The position numbers and the translations under genes were made by a program. 64,000 bases of DNA from Candidatus Aenigmatarchaeota archaeon (GTDB lineage: Archaea; Aenigmatarchaeota; Aenigmatarchaeia; CG10238-14; SpSt-28): NCBI GenBank assembly GCA_038997165.1, contig JAWBAK010000001.1:338337-402336 (forward strand), given 5' to 3'. Positions 1 through 10,491 of the stretch are shown here, piece by piece. A model generated the notes under the pieces. The model ran no database searches, was not told the DNA's origin, and was given only the letters and a program-made list of their open reading frames with translations. Positions within the stretch are counted from its first letter, which is position 1; each line of letters starts with the position of its first letter.

Positions 1-706
1 TACTGATACTTGTATGTGCACACAATATTATACTATTTATGATAATATAAATTTAAATAAAGAAGGTAAATGGAAAGTTATAATTAGTGCTAAAGATGCA
101 TATAAAGAATTTGAAATAGAAGTTAAACCTCAACCTCAATGTAATATAGATTGTACTGTTCCATCTGAAGCATATGTAGGAGATACTGTAAACATAAATT
201 GTAGATGTAGTGGATGTGAAGAAACTTTAGAAATATCTTCTAAATCTCCAGGATGGTTATCATCATTTAATAAAATTAGAGAAGGTAAATGTTCAATATC
301 AGGTACAACTATTTCAGCATCTATAAAATTAGATGTTGGAGGTACTTGGACAATAAAAGCAAAAGCAGGAAATACTGAAAAAACACATAATATAAATGTT
401 AAATTCTTATGTAATATAGAATGTGATCCAATTCCTTCTCAAGCAACAGTAGGTCAAACAATATCTATAAGATGTAAATGTTCAAATTGTAATGAAAAAT
501 ATATTGGATATGTTTTATCTCCAACAAATGAAAGAAAAGATTTGAAATGTGTTTTTAGAAGTGGCTATGGAATGACAACTACTGATACTTGTATGTGCAC
601 ACAATATTATACTATTTATGATAATATAAATTTAAATAAAGAAGGTAAATGGAAAGTTATAATTAGTGCTAAAGATGCATATAAAGAATTTGAAATAGAA
701 GTTAAA
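1..706 (+). repeat. Exact 127-nt direct repeat (1-127 and 580-706), period 579 nt = 193 codons
   Basis: TACTGATACTTGTATG...GAAGTTAAA is identical in both copies; first copy cut by window edge. Confidence 0.95.
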
Positions 707-1519
707 AAGTGCCAGCTCGAATTATTAAGTCTTTCTCCATCAATTATAGATATACCTTCAGATTTATGTGGAAAAACTATTAATATTCTTATGGATATAA
801 CTTATAGATTTTCTGGAGATTGTAAAGGAGAAAAAATTGTTGTTAGGAAGCAAGATGGAAGCACTTTTTGTGAGCTTTCAGTAGGAGAAACTACAAGAGG
901 TAGATGTAGTGGTGATTATAATGTTCCTCTATCTTCAGGTACATATGTGTTTACTGCAACATATAAAGGACTTTCTTCGGTTTCGAATAGTATTAATGTA
1001 AGATGTAGTACACCATCACCTACACCATCACCTACACCAGGAGAAGGTGGTAGTCCTGGAGATCGCCATAAGTTTCTTGCTCCATTTCCAATTTCCATTA
1101 ATTTAAAGAAAGGTTGGAATCTAATTTCTAATCCTACTGATTCAGAAGTTTCAGTTGAAGATTTAAAGAATTTTGGATGTTCAATAAAAGGCAAACTAAT
1201 ATATTATGATTCTGAGACAAAAAAATGGGTACGAACTGATAAAATGCTTCCAGATGATAAAGGATATTGGATTTATTTGAATAACGAATGTTCTATTACT
1301 TTGGTTCCTTCTGAAAAATTAAATGAAAGAAATTTAGTTCTTTCAAAAGGATGGAATCTAGTAAATGGTTTAGATGGAATAACATGTAAAGATTTAGAAA
1401 AATATGGATGTAAAGTTAGAATGAGAAATAATAATTGTTTTATCTCTTATATTAATAATGCATGGAGATATCTTAATAAAACAGAAATAGGAAAAGGATA
1501 TTGGATATATTGCGAATAA
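1..1519 (+). CDS. Cys-rich repetitive surface protein, probably 5'-truncated; Ig-like repeats, Pro/Thr linker, C-terminal GWNL/GYWI domain
   Basis: Frame is open from the window edge; internal repeat; TPSPTPSPTP linker; two KGWNL...KGYWIY units. Confidence 0.7.
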   Translation, partial: TDTCMCTQYYTIYDNINLNKEGKWKVIISAKDAYKEFEIEVKPQPQCNIDCTVPSEAYVGDTVNINCRCSGCEETLEISSKSPGWLSSFNKIREGKCSISGTTISASIKLDVGGTWTIKAKAGNTEKTHNINVKFLCNIECDPIPSQATVGQTISIRCKCSNCNEKYIGYVLSPTNERKDLKCVFRSGYGMTTTDTCMCTQYYTIYDNINLNKEGKWKVIISAKDAYKEFEIEVKKCQLELLSLSPSIIDIPSDLCGKTINILMDITYRFSGDCKGEKIVVRKQDGSTFCELSVGETTRGRCSGDYNVPLSSGTYVFTATYKGLSSVSNSINVRCSTPSPTPSPTPGEGGSPGDRHKFLAPFPISINLKKGWNLISNPTDSEVSVEDLKNFGCSIKGKLIYYDSETKKWVRTDKMLPDDKGYWIYLNNECSITLVPSEKLNERNLVLSKGWNLVNGLDGITCKDLEKYGCKVRMRNNNCFISYINNAWRYLNKTEIGKGYWIYCE

Positions 1520-1554
1520 AAATGAAAAAATATTTAAAGAATGAAAAAAATATT

Positions 1555-2265
1555 ATGAGAAAAAATAGAATATTTAAACAATTTACGGCAATTGAAATTG
1601 TTTTTATGATTTTTATTTTAATTGTTGTAGTTCTTATAGTTGTTAATCTTCTTATGAGAAATGTAGGAACTCAAAAAATAGAACCATATATAGAAAACAT
1701 TCAACAATTAGCAAAAGAAAGTTTTATGAGACAATATTGTGATAATTTATGTTCTGCAATAAAAACTGCAACAAATTCAAGAAGTAGGTTGCAAGCTATG
1801 GTTAGTTGGTGCTTGGCAAAAATTACAGATAGAGGCAAAGATTTTATAGATATAATTGAAGATGGTGTTCCGGGTTTTTTTGTTGTTGCAGGATATCCTT
1901 ATTGCGAAGCTGGTATATATTGTTTTAATTTTTATAGTTGTGAAATGGGAGGATTAACACTAGATATAAAGGAATGTAGAAGAATATTATGTCAATATTA
2001 CTATGAAACTGAAGGAAATACAGCTAAGGCAACTCAAAATATTAAAAATATAATTGATTGGGGAAAATGTAGCGTAGACCAAAATCTTTTAACTGGAAAG
2101 AGATTATTTAGAAATTCTGCGAAATGGTGGTATGATCAATATTTTAATAGAGTAGAGCCAGAAAATTATTGTGAAGTGTTAATAGCTGGTGGTGAGATAG
2201 AGGAAAGTGAAATAGAAGAGGGTGGTGGAGAGGAATCATTACCACCAATTCCTTCAGAAACGTAA
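1555..2265 (+). CDS. Cys-rich membrane-anchored or secreted protein with prepilin-like N-terminus
   Basis: Basic N-terminus then QFTAIE and a hydrophobic helix; start chosen by inspection (1522 also possible). Confidence 0.55.
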   Translation: MRKNRIFKQFTAIEIVFMIFILIVVVLIVVNLLMRNVGTQKIEPYIENIQQLAKESFMRQYCDNLCSAIKTATNSRSRLQAMVSWCLAKITDRGKDFIDIIEDGVPGFFVVAGYPYCEAGIYCFNFYSCEMGGLTLDIKECRRILCQYYYETEGNTAKATQNIKNIIDWGKCSVDQNLLTGKRLFRNSAKWWYDQYFNRVEPENYCEVLIAGGEIEESEIEEGGGEESLPPIPSET

Positions 2266-2539
2266 TAATTTTTCTCAATCCCTTCAGAATAAGATTGAAA
2301 AATTTTGTTGAAATTCAGTTTTATGTAAAAATGTATAATATTTTACTAATATGGTTTATTTTAATGGTAACTTTATCTACTCAATAACAAAAAAGTAGTG
2401 ATTCTTCAATTATTAAATATGCTAGTCTAAATAAAAAATAGAGATATTATTGTTCTTATAATAGCTATTAGCACTTCAGGATAAAAAGTTCATCCTCTTT
2501 TTATGTCTTTTATACTTTCAGAGAATATAACAAAATAAT

Positions 2540-2992
2540 TTATCTTTTACTTCTTTGTTTATGTCTTCTTGATCCTCTAGAACTTGCTCCTTTTCCACTC
2601 GAATGATGTGGTTCGTTCATTCTAAAATCTCTTTTTAGTAGCCAAGGATCAAAATTATAAAACAATTCTTCTATTTTTCTTCCTTTTATTATTTTAATTA
2701 AAGCTTTTGCTAATGCTTGTCTTATTGCATCAGCTTGGCTTACTAAACCACCACCTCTAACATTAATTTTTATTTCATATTTTGGTAAAACATTTTTTAT
2801 ATATTCCTCACTAATTAATAAAACTTCTCTAATTCTCCACCTTAAACTTTCAGTACCCCAATAATTTAATGGAATTGAATTAATTCTAATATTTAAACTA
2901 TTATTTTCTTTCTCTTTTAGTTTAAAAGTTATTCTAGCAATTGCTGTTTTTCTTTTTCCTACAACATGAATAATTTTTGGTAACTTTTGCAT
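2540..2992 (-). CDS. rps9: 30S ribosomal protein S9 (uS9)
   Basis: GKRKTAIAR, VRGGG..QADAIRQALA, C-terminal QRSKR. Confidence 0.95.
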   Translation of the reverse strand: MQKLPKIIHVVGKRKTAIARITFKLKEKENNSLNIRINSIPLNYWGTESLRWRIREVLLISEEYIKNVLPKYEIKINVRGGGLVSQADAIRQALAKALIKIIKGRKIEELFYNFDPWLLKRDFRMNEPHHSSGKGASSRGSRRHKQRSKR

Positions 2993-3045
2993 ACTATACT
3001 TTTAATTAAAAAAATATTTAAATACGTATAAATTTATAATTTATT

Positions 3046-5267
3046 ATGAATAAAAATATAACAACACTTTTTATTTTAATTCTTTTTTTAATTTCATTTT
3101 TATTTATTTCTTTTTCTGAAGAAACTTCAATAATGTTAGAATTAGATTTAAAAAAAGGATGGAATTTAATTTCTATACCCTTTTCTAATTATCTTATCAA
3201 AGAAAATAATTGTAAAATAAAAAATATATATTCTTATAATTCCATTAGAAAAACTTTTTGACGAATTCCAAATATAGAGTTATTAGAAGAAAATTTTGGT
3301 TATTGGATTTATGTATATAATGATTGTAAAATTATAATAGAAGGTAAAATAGAAGTGCAAAAAGAAATAAATTTAAAAAAAGGATGGAATTTAATCTCTT
3401 TTTATACTTCTCTACCATCGGATTTATTAAGAAATTCGTGTGATATCAAATCAATATTCTATTTTGATTCAAATAAAAAATCCTGGATTAAAAATCCAGA
3501 AATTTTAGAAATAGGAAAAGGATATTGGATATTTACTGAAAAAGAATGTAATATATCTTTACTCGAAATTTTGAGAGAGTATAAGACTGAAAACTTTATA
3601 AATTTAACATTAAAAGAAAGAGATTCTATAAGAAACATTTCTCTACCTATTCTACCTATAAAGGAATCGACATCTTTTTTTGTAAATTTATTGTTATTTT
3701 TTTGGAGTGAAGAAGACACAAAGATTTCAAAACTTATTCTTTTTTTGATAGGAGAGATTCAAAATTAAAAGAGGAAGAATTTAGTTTCCTAATAGATCCT
3801 ACAGGAGAAACTATATCTTTGAAAAGGTTATTTAATGCTGGAGAATATGATTTAAATATAAAAATATCTTCTAATAAATCACGGAAAGTTAAAATATATG
3901 CATTTATTTCTATAAATAAAACAATTAAATTTCTTGATTTAGGAATTTTTGAGATAAAAGAATTTAAGGTTTTAAGATTTGAGGTAAATGATGATGGAAA
4001 TATTAATGTTCAAGCAAAAAAAGAAAAATCAAAAGAATTAGAATGGTGTATTGAAGATGGTGATTGTGTAGAAAATTTAAAATGTTTTTATCAAAAGTGT
4101 GTCAATCCTAAAAAATTGATTTGTGATGAAAATGTTGAAGGAAGAATAATATATGAAAGTGGAGAAATAATAGTAGAAGACTTTGAAAAATATTGTTGTG
4201 AAAATAGAAGAGTATGCAAACCCTTTAGTGCTTGTTTGGTTGAAAATGAAAGAAAATGTAGAGAAATAGATAAATGTAAGCATAGTGTTACTCTTAATAT
4301 AGAAGTGAATCCAAGAGAAATAACAATATGTCCTTCGCGTGTTGTTATTAATGGTTCTATAAAAACAGAAAGTTGTAAAGATAATACTCCATTCATTATT
4401 AAAGTGTTATATGATTCCGGATACTTTATTTCTTCAGAAAGAGAACCACCATTTATTGAAGATATAATATGTATTAAAGAAATAAGAATTAAAAATAATA
4501 CAGGAAATTTTTCATGTGAATTTTTTGTAGATAAATTTTCTAAAAATAGGAGATTATTAGTTAGAATTTATTCTAGAGAAGGTGAAGAAGTTTTTCCTAT
4601 TCATTTTTTTGAATTAAATATTTCTTGTAATTGTAATGAGAACGAAAAAATATGTAAGAATAAAGAAATTTTTGTATGTAAAAATGGAAAATGGGAAAAA
4701 GGAGCATTGCCTTCTTGTTTACCTGATGAAGTTTTTGATTTAGATTTATGTAAATGTATAAAATTTGTAGATTTATATGACTTTGAAGTTTATTATGAAT
4801 ATTCTTTACTTCCATGTATTTTTGAGAAAGAAATAATAGGTGAAATAAAAGATAACAGAACAGATAATAGAAGTATTATAATTAAGAGAAGTGGAGAGAT
4901 AATTTTACCATCCTATCTTACTTTAATTATAGAAGTATTTAAGAAGCAAGATTTTATAGGTAAATATATTCCAATTCCAACAGAGGATGTTATAAAAAAA
5001 GAAGTGGAAGTTTACATTATACAAACAAGAAGAAAAGATTTTCCTGGTATATTAAGTCCAACAGAAGCTAGAATAATTTTACCTCCCACTAGAGTATGTC
5101 ATGGTAATGTTGAGATAATAAGTGGAGTGGGTAAATTTAAATGTAAAGTAGATCAAGAACTTATCAAGTTATATTGTAATCCTTACTTAAATCGTTTATA
5201 TTGTTTGTTTGATGTTAGAGTAGGTGAGAAAAGAAAAATAGAAAGTTTTTTAATACCAGTTTGTTAA
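3046..5267 (+). pseudogene. Interrupted Cys-rich secreted protein with GWNL/GYWI domain (in-frame TGA 3259-3261; probable frameshift at T7 3740-3746)
   Basis: ORFs 3046-3261 and 3355-3768 share a frame that continues past the TGA (RIPNIELLEENFGYWIY); frame of ORF 3819-5267 is open from 3711. Confidence 0.7.
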
Positions 5268-5273
5268 ATTACT

Positions 5274-5705
5274 TTACCATCTCTTTTTTGCTCCTAATAA
5301 TAATGATATTTCTTCTAAACTCATATAATTAGCTCTTTTTAAATCTTCAGAACTTTTAATTTTAATATTTAAAATTTTATCTTTATATTCTTCTGGAATT
5401 CCATAAAATATCTTTAAATTTTTAAGAGCAATTTTACCTCTATATTTTTTGTAGGGTAACATTCCTCTAACCATTCTTCTAAATATTTCATCTGGATATT
5501 TTGGATAAAATGGCCCTTTATATGGATCTCCTCTTTCTCTTTTTTTCTTAAATTCTTCAATTATATCTTCTTTATCTCCACTAATTATTGCTTTTTCAAC
5601 ATTTAGTACAATAACTTTATTTCCTTTTAATAATTCTTTAGCAACAAAACTAGCTAATCTTCCAGCAATTTTATCTTTTGCATCTATAACAATTTCTTTC
5701 ATCAT
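5274..5705 (-). CDS. rpl13: 50S ribosomal protein L13 (uL13)
   Basis: IDAKDKIAGRLAS, RRMVRGMLP. Confidence 0.95.
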   Translation of the reverse strand: MMKEIVIDAKDKIAGRLASFVAKELLKGNKVIVLNVEKAIISGDKEDIIEEFKKKRERGDPYKGPFYPKYPDEIFRRMVRGMLPYKKYRGKIALKNLKIFYGIPEEYKDKILNIKIKSSEDLKRANYMSLEEISLLLGAKKRW

Positions 5706-5706
5706 A

Positions 5707-6072
5707 TTATATTATAATTCTAACATTACTTCCTTTTGGATTCTTTTTAACTAATTCTTCAATACTCATATATTCAATATTTTTTTTCTTTAACTTTAAC
5801 TCTGCTAATTTTGAAAATCTCCATGCGGCAATTTTTATATTTTTATTTATTTCTCCAATACTTAAAACTTTTCCAGGAATAAGTGCAATTTCTCCATCTC
5901 TAGTATATTTATTTATTTTATAGAGATTTACCTCAATTTTTTTTCTTCTAGGTTTATTTAATAATTCAGCTACATATTTCCAAATTTTTGCATTATTTTT
6001 TTTGCTGGCTTTTTCTAAAAATATTATTAATTTTCTTAAATATGGATTTGTAGGTCCAGTAGGTCTTACCAT
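5707..6072 (-). CDS. rpl18e: 50S ribosomal protein L18e (eL18)
   Basis: PTNPYLRKLI, IPGKVL, NPKGSNVRII; adjacent to rpl13. Confidence 0.95.
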   Translation of the reverse strand: MVRPTGPTNPYLRKLIIFLEKASKKNNAKIWKYVAELLNKPRRKKIEVNLYKINKYTRDGEIALIPGKVLSIGEINKNIKIAAWRFSKLAELKLKKKNIEYMSIEELVKKNPKGSNVRIII

Positions 6073-6113
6073 AAATATACAAAAAATAAATATTTTACTT
6101 TATAATACATATA

Positions 6114-7064
6114 ATGGAAAATAAAAAAACGATTAAAATGAAAATAAATTTTTGGCAAATAACTACAATAATTCTATTTATTGCTCTTGTACTATCTCTT
6201 TATACAAATTATACTGGTAGATTCTTATTTATAAATTTAAATTATTTGAATCTAGAAGAAATAGGAAAAAAAACTGTTGATTACATTAATAAATATTTTG
6301 TTCAACCAGGAACTTCTGCAAAACTAAAAGAAGTTAAATTTGATAGCTCTTTAAATCTTTATATTGTAATTACTGAATATCAAGGAAATGAAATTCCTGT
6401 TTATGTTAGTAGCAATGGAAAATATATTGTCGGCTTTAATCAAGTTTTTGATATGGATAAACCTTTAAGAATTGAAAGAGAAGAAGCTAAACCTCAAGAA
6501 ATTCCTAAATCTGATAGACCAAAAGTAGAATTATTTATATTTAGCTATTGTCCATATGGAGTACAGGCATTAAAACCTTTTGCAAGTGTTGCAAAATTAA
6601 TGAAAGATTATGCAGATTTTTATGTTAAATTCTTTAGTCATATGCATGGAGAATTTGAAAAACAACAAAATATAATACAAGCATGCATAATTAGAATGTA
6701 TCCAGAAAAATATTGGGATTATGCAATTAAATTTGCTGATGAAGTTTTTAGAAAATGTTATGGAAATAAAGAGTGCGATAAAAATGAAAGCATAAGAATT
6801 ATGAATGAATTAGGAATTGATAGTAATAAGATTTTAAAATGTTTAGAGAGTGAAGGAGAAAAATATTATAATGAAGATATTAAAGATGCTGAAAATTATG
6901 GATTAACAGGTTCTCCTTCTTTTGTAATTAATGGAGTTTATGTAAGAGTTGTAAGAAGTGAGGAAGGAATTAAAGAAGCAGTTTGTCAAGCATTTAATAT
7001 TCAGCCATCTATTTGTCAAGAAAAACTATCTGAAGAAATTACTCAATCATCGGGAAGTTGTTAA
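6114..7064 (+). CDS. Membrane-anchored DsbA/thioredoxin-fold protein
   Basis: N-terminal TM; SYCPYG; GSPSFVING. Confidence 0.7.
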   Translation: MENKKTIKMKINFWQITTIILFIALVLSLYTNYTGRFLFINLNYLNLEEIGKKTVDYINKYFVQPGTSAKLKEVKFDSSLNLYIVITEYQGNEIPVYVSSNGKYIVGFNQVFDMDKPLRIEREEAKPQEIPKSDRPKVELFIFSYCPYGVQALKPFASVAKLMKDYADFYVKFFSHMHGEFEKQQNIIQACIIRMYPEKYWDYAIKFADEVFRKCYGNKECDKNESIRIMNELGIDSNKILKCLESEGEKYYNEDIKDAENYGLTGSPSFVINGVYVRVVRSEEGIKEAVCQAFNIQPSICQEKLSEEITQSSGSC

Positions 7065-7094
7065 TAATTTAAAGAGATAAATTTTTACTTATTT

Positions 7095-8168
7095 ATGAAT
7101 AATAAAAGAATTATTACATTAATTTATTTAATTCTTTCAACAATGATAGGTGCAGGAATCTTAGCATTACCAAATAGTTTATATTCTATAGGACTTATAT
7201 CTTTTTTATTTATTTCTTTATTGATTTTATTGATTATTTATTTCTCTTCTTTAATTCTTTTAAAATCAAGTTTAAAATGTTATAAAACGGGCTTAATAGA
7301 AGTTTTTGAAAGGTATTTAGGAAAGAATGTTGGAAAACTTTCTTTTATAATAATTTTTTTCTCAATCATATTTGTCTGTATAATTTATCTAAACATTATA
7401 AATTTTTCTCTAAAATATTTTGTTCAAGAATCAGAAATTTATACCTTATTTATTTCTTCAATCACAATGTCAGCTTCATTAGGAGGTATTAAATTAGTTG
7501 AAAAATCTAATGAATTTTTATTTACAATAAAGATTTTAATAATTATTTTTTTTCTTTTATTGGCGGTTTGTATTCCAAAGAAGTATAGTTTAAAGTGTTT
7601 TGAATTTAATTTAACAAAAATTTTTAATTCTATTTTAGTATTAGTTTTTTCTTTTTCATTTTATACTATAATCCCTTCTCTTCTATATATTACTAAAAAC
7701 GAAAGAATCTTAAAAACTTCAATAATTTATTCAATATTAATTGGATTTTTTATTTACTTCATTTTTTCTTATATAGTTTCGTTAAGAAGTGGAGATAGAG
7801 AGATTTCAACATTAGGTTATAATGAGTTATTTAATTTTTTAACAATATTTTTGGTTGTTACTCCGTATTTAACTCTTTCTTGGGTTTTGGGTGAAAATAT
7901 CAATGAAAAATTAAAAATTAAAAAAAGAGTCTCAATACTAATTTCGTATAGTTTACCCTATATTCTTTTTATATTTCTTCCAAAATCTTTTTTGATGTAT
8001 ATAGAAATAACCTCTGCATTTTTTATCTTAACGATTTATTTTTTAATAGGACTTATAGGATATAAATATTCACAAAAGCTTAAAGTTAATAGACTATATT
8101 CATTATTTTTAATTATTTTTTCCTGGATTTTAATTCTTTTTAAATTCTTAGATTTAATAATTATATGA
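7095..8168 (+). CDS. Amino acid permease (aromatic amino acid transporter-like)
   Basis: TMIGAGILALP motif; about 11 TM helices. Confidence 0.8.
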   Translation: MNNKRIITLIYLILSTMIGAGILALPNSLYSIGLISFLFISLLILLIIYFSSLILLKSSLKCYKTGLIEVFERYLGKNVGKLSFIIIFFSIIFVCIIYLNIINFSLKYFVQESEIYTLFISSITMSASLGGIKLVEKSNEFLFTIKILIIIFFLLLAVCIPKKYSLKCFEFNLTKIFNSILVLVFSFSFYTIIPSLLYITKNERILKTSIIYSILIGFFIYFIFSYIVSLRSGDREISTLGYNELFNFLTIFLVVTPYLTLSWVLGENINEKLKIKKRVSILISYSLPYILFIFLPKSFLMYIEITSAFFILTIYFLIGLIGYKYSQKLKVNRLYSLFLIIFSWILILFKFLDLIII

Positions 8169-8920
8169 AGTTAAACACAAAACCCCTAAATTTAGAATAT
8201 AGAAATAAAAAATTGTTTTTAGATAAAATTGAAATAAGGCCCACTACAAGGAAGTTAATAGATATGAAAGACGTTTTAATGGACCCTTCTTTTATAAATA
8301 AGAAAAATCAGAACGAAATTCTTTATTTAATGTATAGAGATTTGAAAAGAAAAGAAGACAAAGTCTTATTTAGAAAGTATGAAGTGAGATATGACATAAC
8401 AATAATTTTTTCTAAATATTTAGGAAAAGAATTTAATAAAACTTTTGGGCATTTACATCCTATTGCAGAAAATAATTTAACGTATCCAGAAGTTTATGAA
8501 GTTTTATATGGAAAAGCTTTATTTATATTACAAAAGTATGAAAAAAAGAAAGTTAAAGATGTTTTATTGATTTATGCCAAAAAGGGTGATAAAATTTTAA
8601 TTCCCCCAAACTATGGTCATGTAACTGTAAATATAGGCAAGAGAGATTTAATTTTATCTAACTTGGTTAGTAATAAATTTTCTTCAATTTATGAATTATA
8701 TAAAAATAAAAACGGGGCTGCTATCTATATAATTAGAAATGGAAAAAAAATTCAAATAGTTAAGAATAAAAAATATACTGAAAAGTTTAAAATTAAAATC
8801 ATCAAAAAAATTAAGTTCTTTAAATTTTTTAAGGAAAATTTGTATTCTTCTTTTATTAATTATCCACAATTTTTTAAATTTTTAAATAAACCTTCCTTAA
8901 TTATCAATTTACATTATTAA
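8165..8920 (+). CDS. pgi: Cupin-type glucose-6-phosphate isomerase
   Basis: KTFGHLH, YPEVYEV, IPPNYGH. Confidence 0.85.
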   Translation: MKLNTKPLNLEYRNKKLFLDKIEIRPTTRKLIDMKDVLMDPSFINKKNQNEILYLMYRDLKRKEDKVLFRKYEVRYDITIIFSKYLGKEFNKTFGHLHPIAENNLTYPEVYEVLYGKALFILQKYEKKKVKDVLLIYAKKGDKILIPPNYGHVTVNIGKRDLILSNLVSNKFSSIYELYKNKNGAAIYIIRNGKKIQIVKNKKYTEKFKIKIIKKIKFFKFFKENLYSSFINYPQFFKFLNKPSLIINLHY

Positions 8921-8927
8921 ATTTCTT

Positions 8928-9836
8928 CTATATTATTTCTAATCTTCTTAATTCATTATTTATATAATCCAATTCGTTTCTTAATGTTTGTCTTTCTTGA
9001 TCGCTTAAAGATGGATTTGCTAAGGCTTTTAATATTTGTTCTCTTCTTGTAAGAAGTTGTTGTATATAATCTACGTCTTGACCCCTTACTATTGCTTTTC
9101 CTATCATTCTCATTCTTTCTGTGAATTTCCAAATACTACTTATAGCTCTATAAATAATTCCAAAAAGAAGATAATTAATTGCTAATAGCGCAACTCCAGC
9201 AAAACTATAAGAAAGTAATTCTACAAACATTGATGCTAATAATCCTCTATATGCTATAAGTGCCGAAGCAAAAACAACAACTCTTCTTACATTTTCGTTT
9301 GTTAGAAAATCTATAAATTCATAAAAAAGTGCAATAATAAGTGAAAGGGGTAGTATTAAAGCAAAAATTAGAAAACTTCCTATAGTAGTTATTTCTAGAT
9401 CTTTAGGTGCATATCCTATAATTATACAACTTCCTGTTACAATCAAATTTTTTGAAATTTCGTTTGTTGTGGAAATATTTTTACATTCTTTAATAAGAGG
9501 ATCGGGTTTACCTATAAATCTTGCAGCAAAAAGTATTTCTATACCAAAAATTCCAATAAAAATTAAAAAAACACCAAATATTGCAATATATTTTCCTCCC
9601 CTTCCCCAGTATCGTGCCAAATAGGCACCACCAATTGTAATTACGGTACCTAATAAAATAAAAAGAATTGATGCTCTACCCCAAGACGGAATTTCTTCTT
9701 CAATTCCTCCAAATATTTGAAAAAAATATTTTTCTACTACAAGAGAATAAAAGAAATATACGAGGGGAATTAGAATGATTAAAGCAATTAAAGCAATTAT
9801 CATTATCCACCAGTTTCTTCCTACCATCTGGCTCAT
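8928..9836 (-). CDS. Hypothetical multi-pass membrane protein
   Basis: 302-aa ORF, several TM helices, C-terminal coiled coil. Confidence 0.6.
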   Translation of the reverse strand: MSQMVGRNWWIMIIALIALIILIPLVYFFYSLVVEKYFFQIFGGIEEEIPSWGRASILFILLGTVITIGGAYLARYWGRGGKYIAIFGVFLIFIGIFGIEILFAARFIGKPDPLIKECKNISTTNEISKNLIVTGSCIIIGYAPKDLEITTIGSFLIFALILPLSLIIALFYEFIDFLTNENVRRVVVFASALIAYRGLLASMFVELLSYSFAGVALLAINYLLFGIIYRAISSIWKFTERMRMIGKAIVRGQDVDYIQQLLTRREQILKALANPSLSDQERQTLRNELDYINNELRRLEII

Positions 9837-9861
9837 AACTTAATTATTGTTTATTAAATTT

Positions 9862-10059
9862 TTATCTTATTTCAATAGCTTTTACAGGGCAATTTTCCTT
9901 TGCTTCTTTAGCCTTTTTAATTAATTTTTCATCTTCTGTTTCAGTAATTTTTGGTTTTGAAAATCCTTCTTCATCAAATTCAAAAATTTCTGGTGCTATT
10001 GCAACACAAGCACCACAACCAATACATTTTTCACTTACACTTATTTTTATTTTTACCAT
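9862..10059 (-). CDS. Ferredoxin (single Fe-S cluster)
   Basis: CIGCGAC...CPVKAI. Confidence 0.9.
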   Translation of the reverse strand: MVKIKISVSEKCIGCGACVAIAPEIFEFDEEGFSKPKITETEDEKLIKKAKEAKENCPVKAIEIR

Positions 10060-10101
10060 AAAATTATTTTTAGAAAATATATTTTAAAATTTCATAAAAT
10101 T

Positions 10102-10491
10102 ATGGAAACTATTAGAAAAGCTATAAAAGAATTAAAAGAAGGAGATTTAGTAATAATAGAAAATGCTCCATGTAAGGTTGAAAGCGTTTCTACTTCGGTA
10201 AGTGGAAAACATGGTGCAGCTAAAACGAGAGTAGAAGCTATTGGAATATTTGATGGAAAAAGAAGAAGTATTGTTCAACCAGCTGATGAAAATGTTGAAG
10301 TCCCTATTATAAAAAGAAAAAAAGCACAAGTTTTAGCAATAATAGGAAATAATGCTCAATTAATGGATTTAGAAACTTATGAAACAATAGAATTAGAAAT
10401 TCCAGAAGAAAAAAGAAATAAGTTAAAAGAGGGGGAAGAAACTTGGTATTATGAAATAATGGGAATAAGAACTTTAAAAGAATTAAAGTGA
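10102..10491 (+). CDS. eif5a: Translation factor aIF-5A
   Basis: SGKHGAAK hypusine motif. Confidence 0.95.
   Translation: METIRKAIKELKEGDLVIIENAPCKVESVSTSVSGKHGAAKTRVEAIGIFDGKRRSIVQPADENVEVPIIKRKKAQVLAIIGNNAQLMDLETYETIELEIPEEKRNKLKEGEETWYYEIMGIRTLKELK

Noticed and set aside
3259..3261. TGA as selenocysteine or alternative genetic code
   Set aside because: Single case; aligns to a non-conserved position of the repeat; TGA acts as stop in other genes such as rps19 and rpoP
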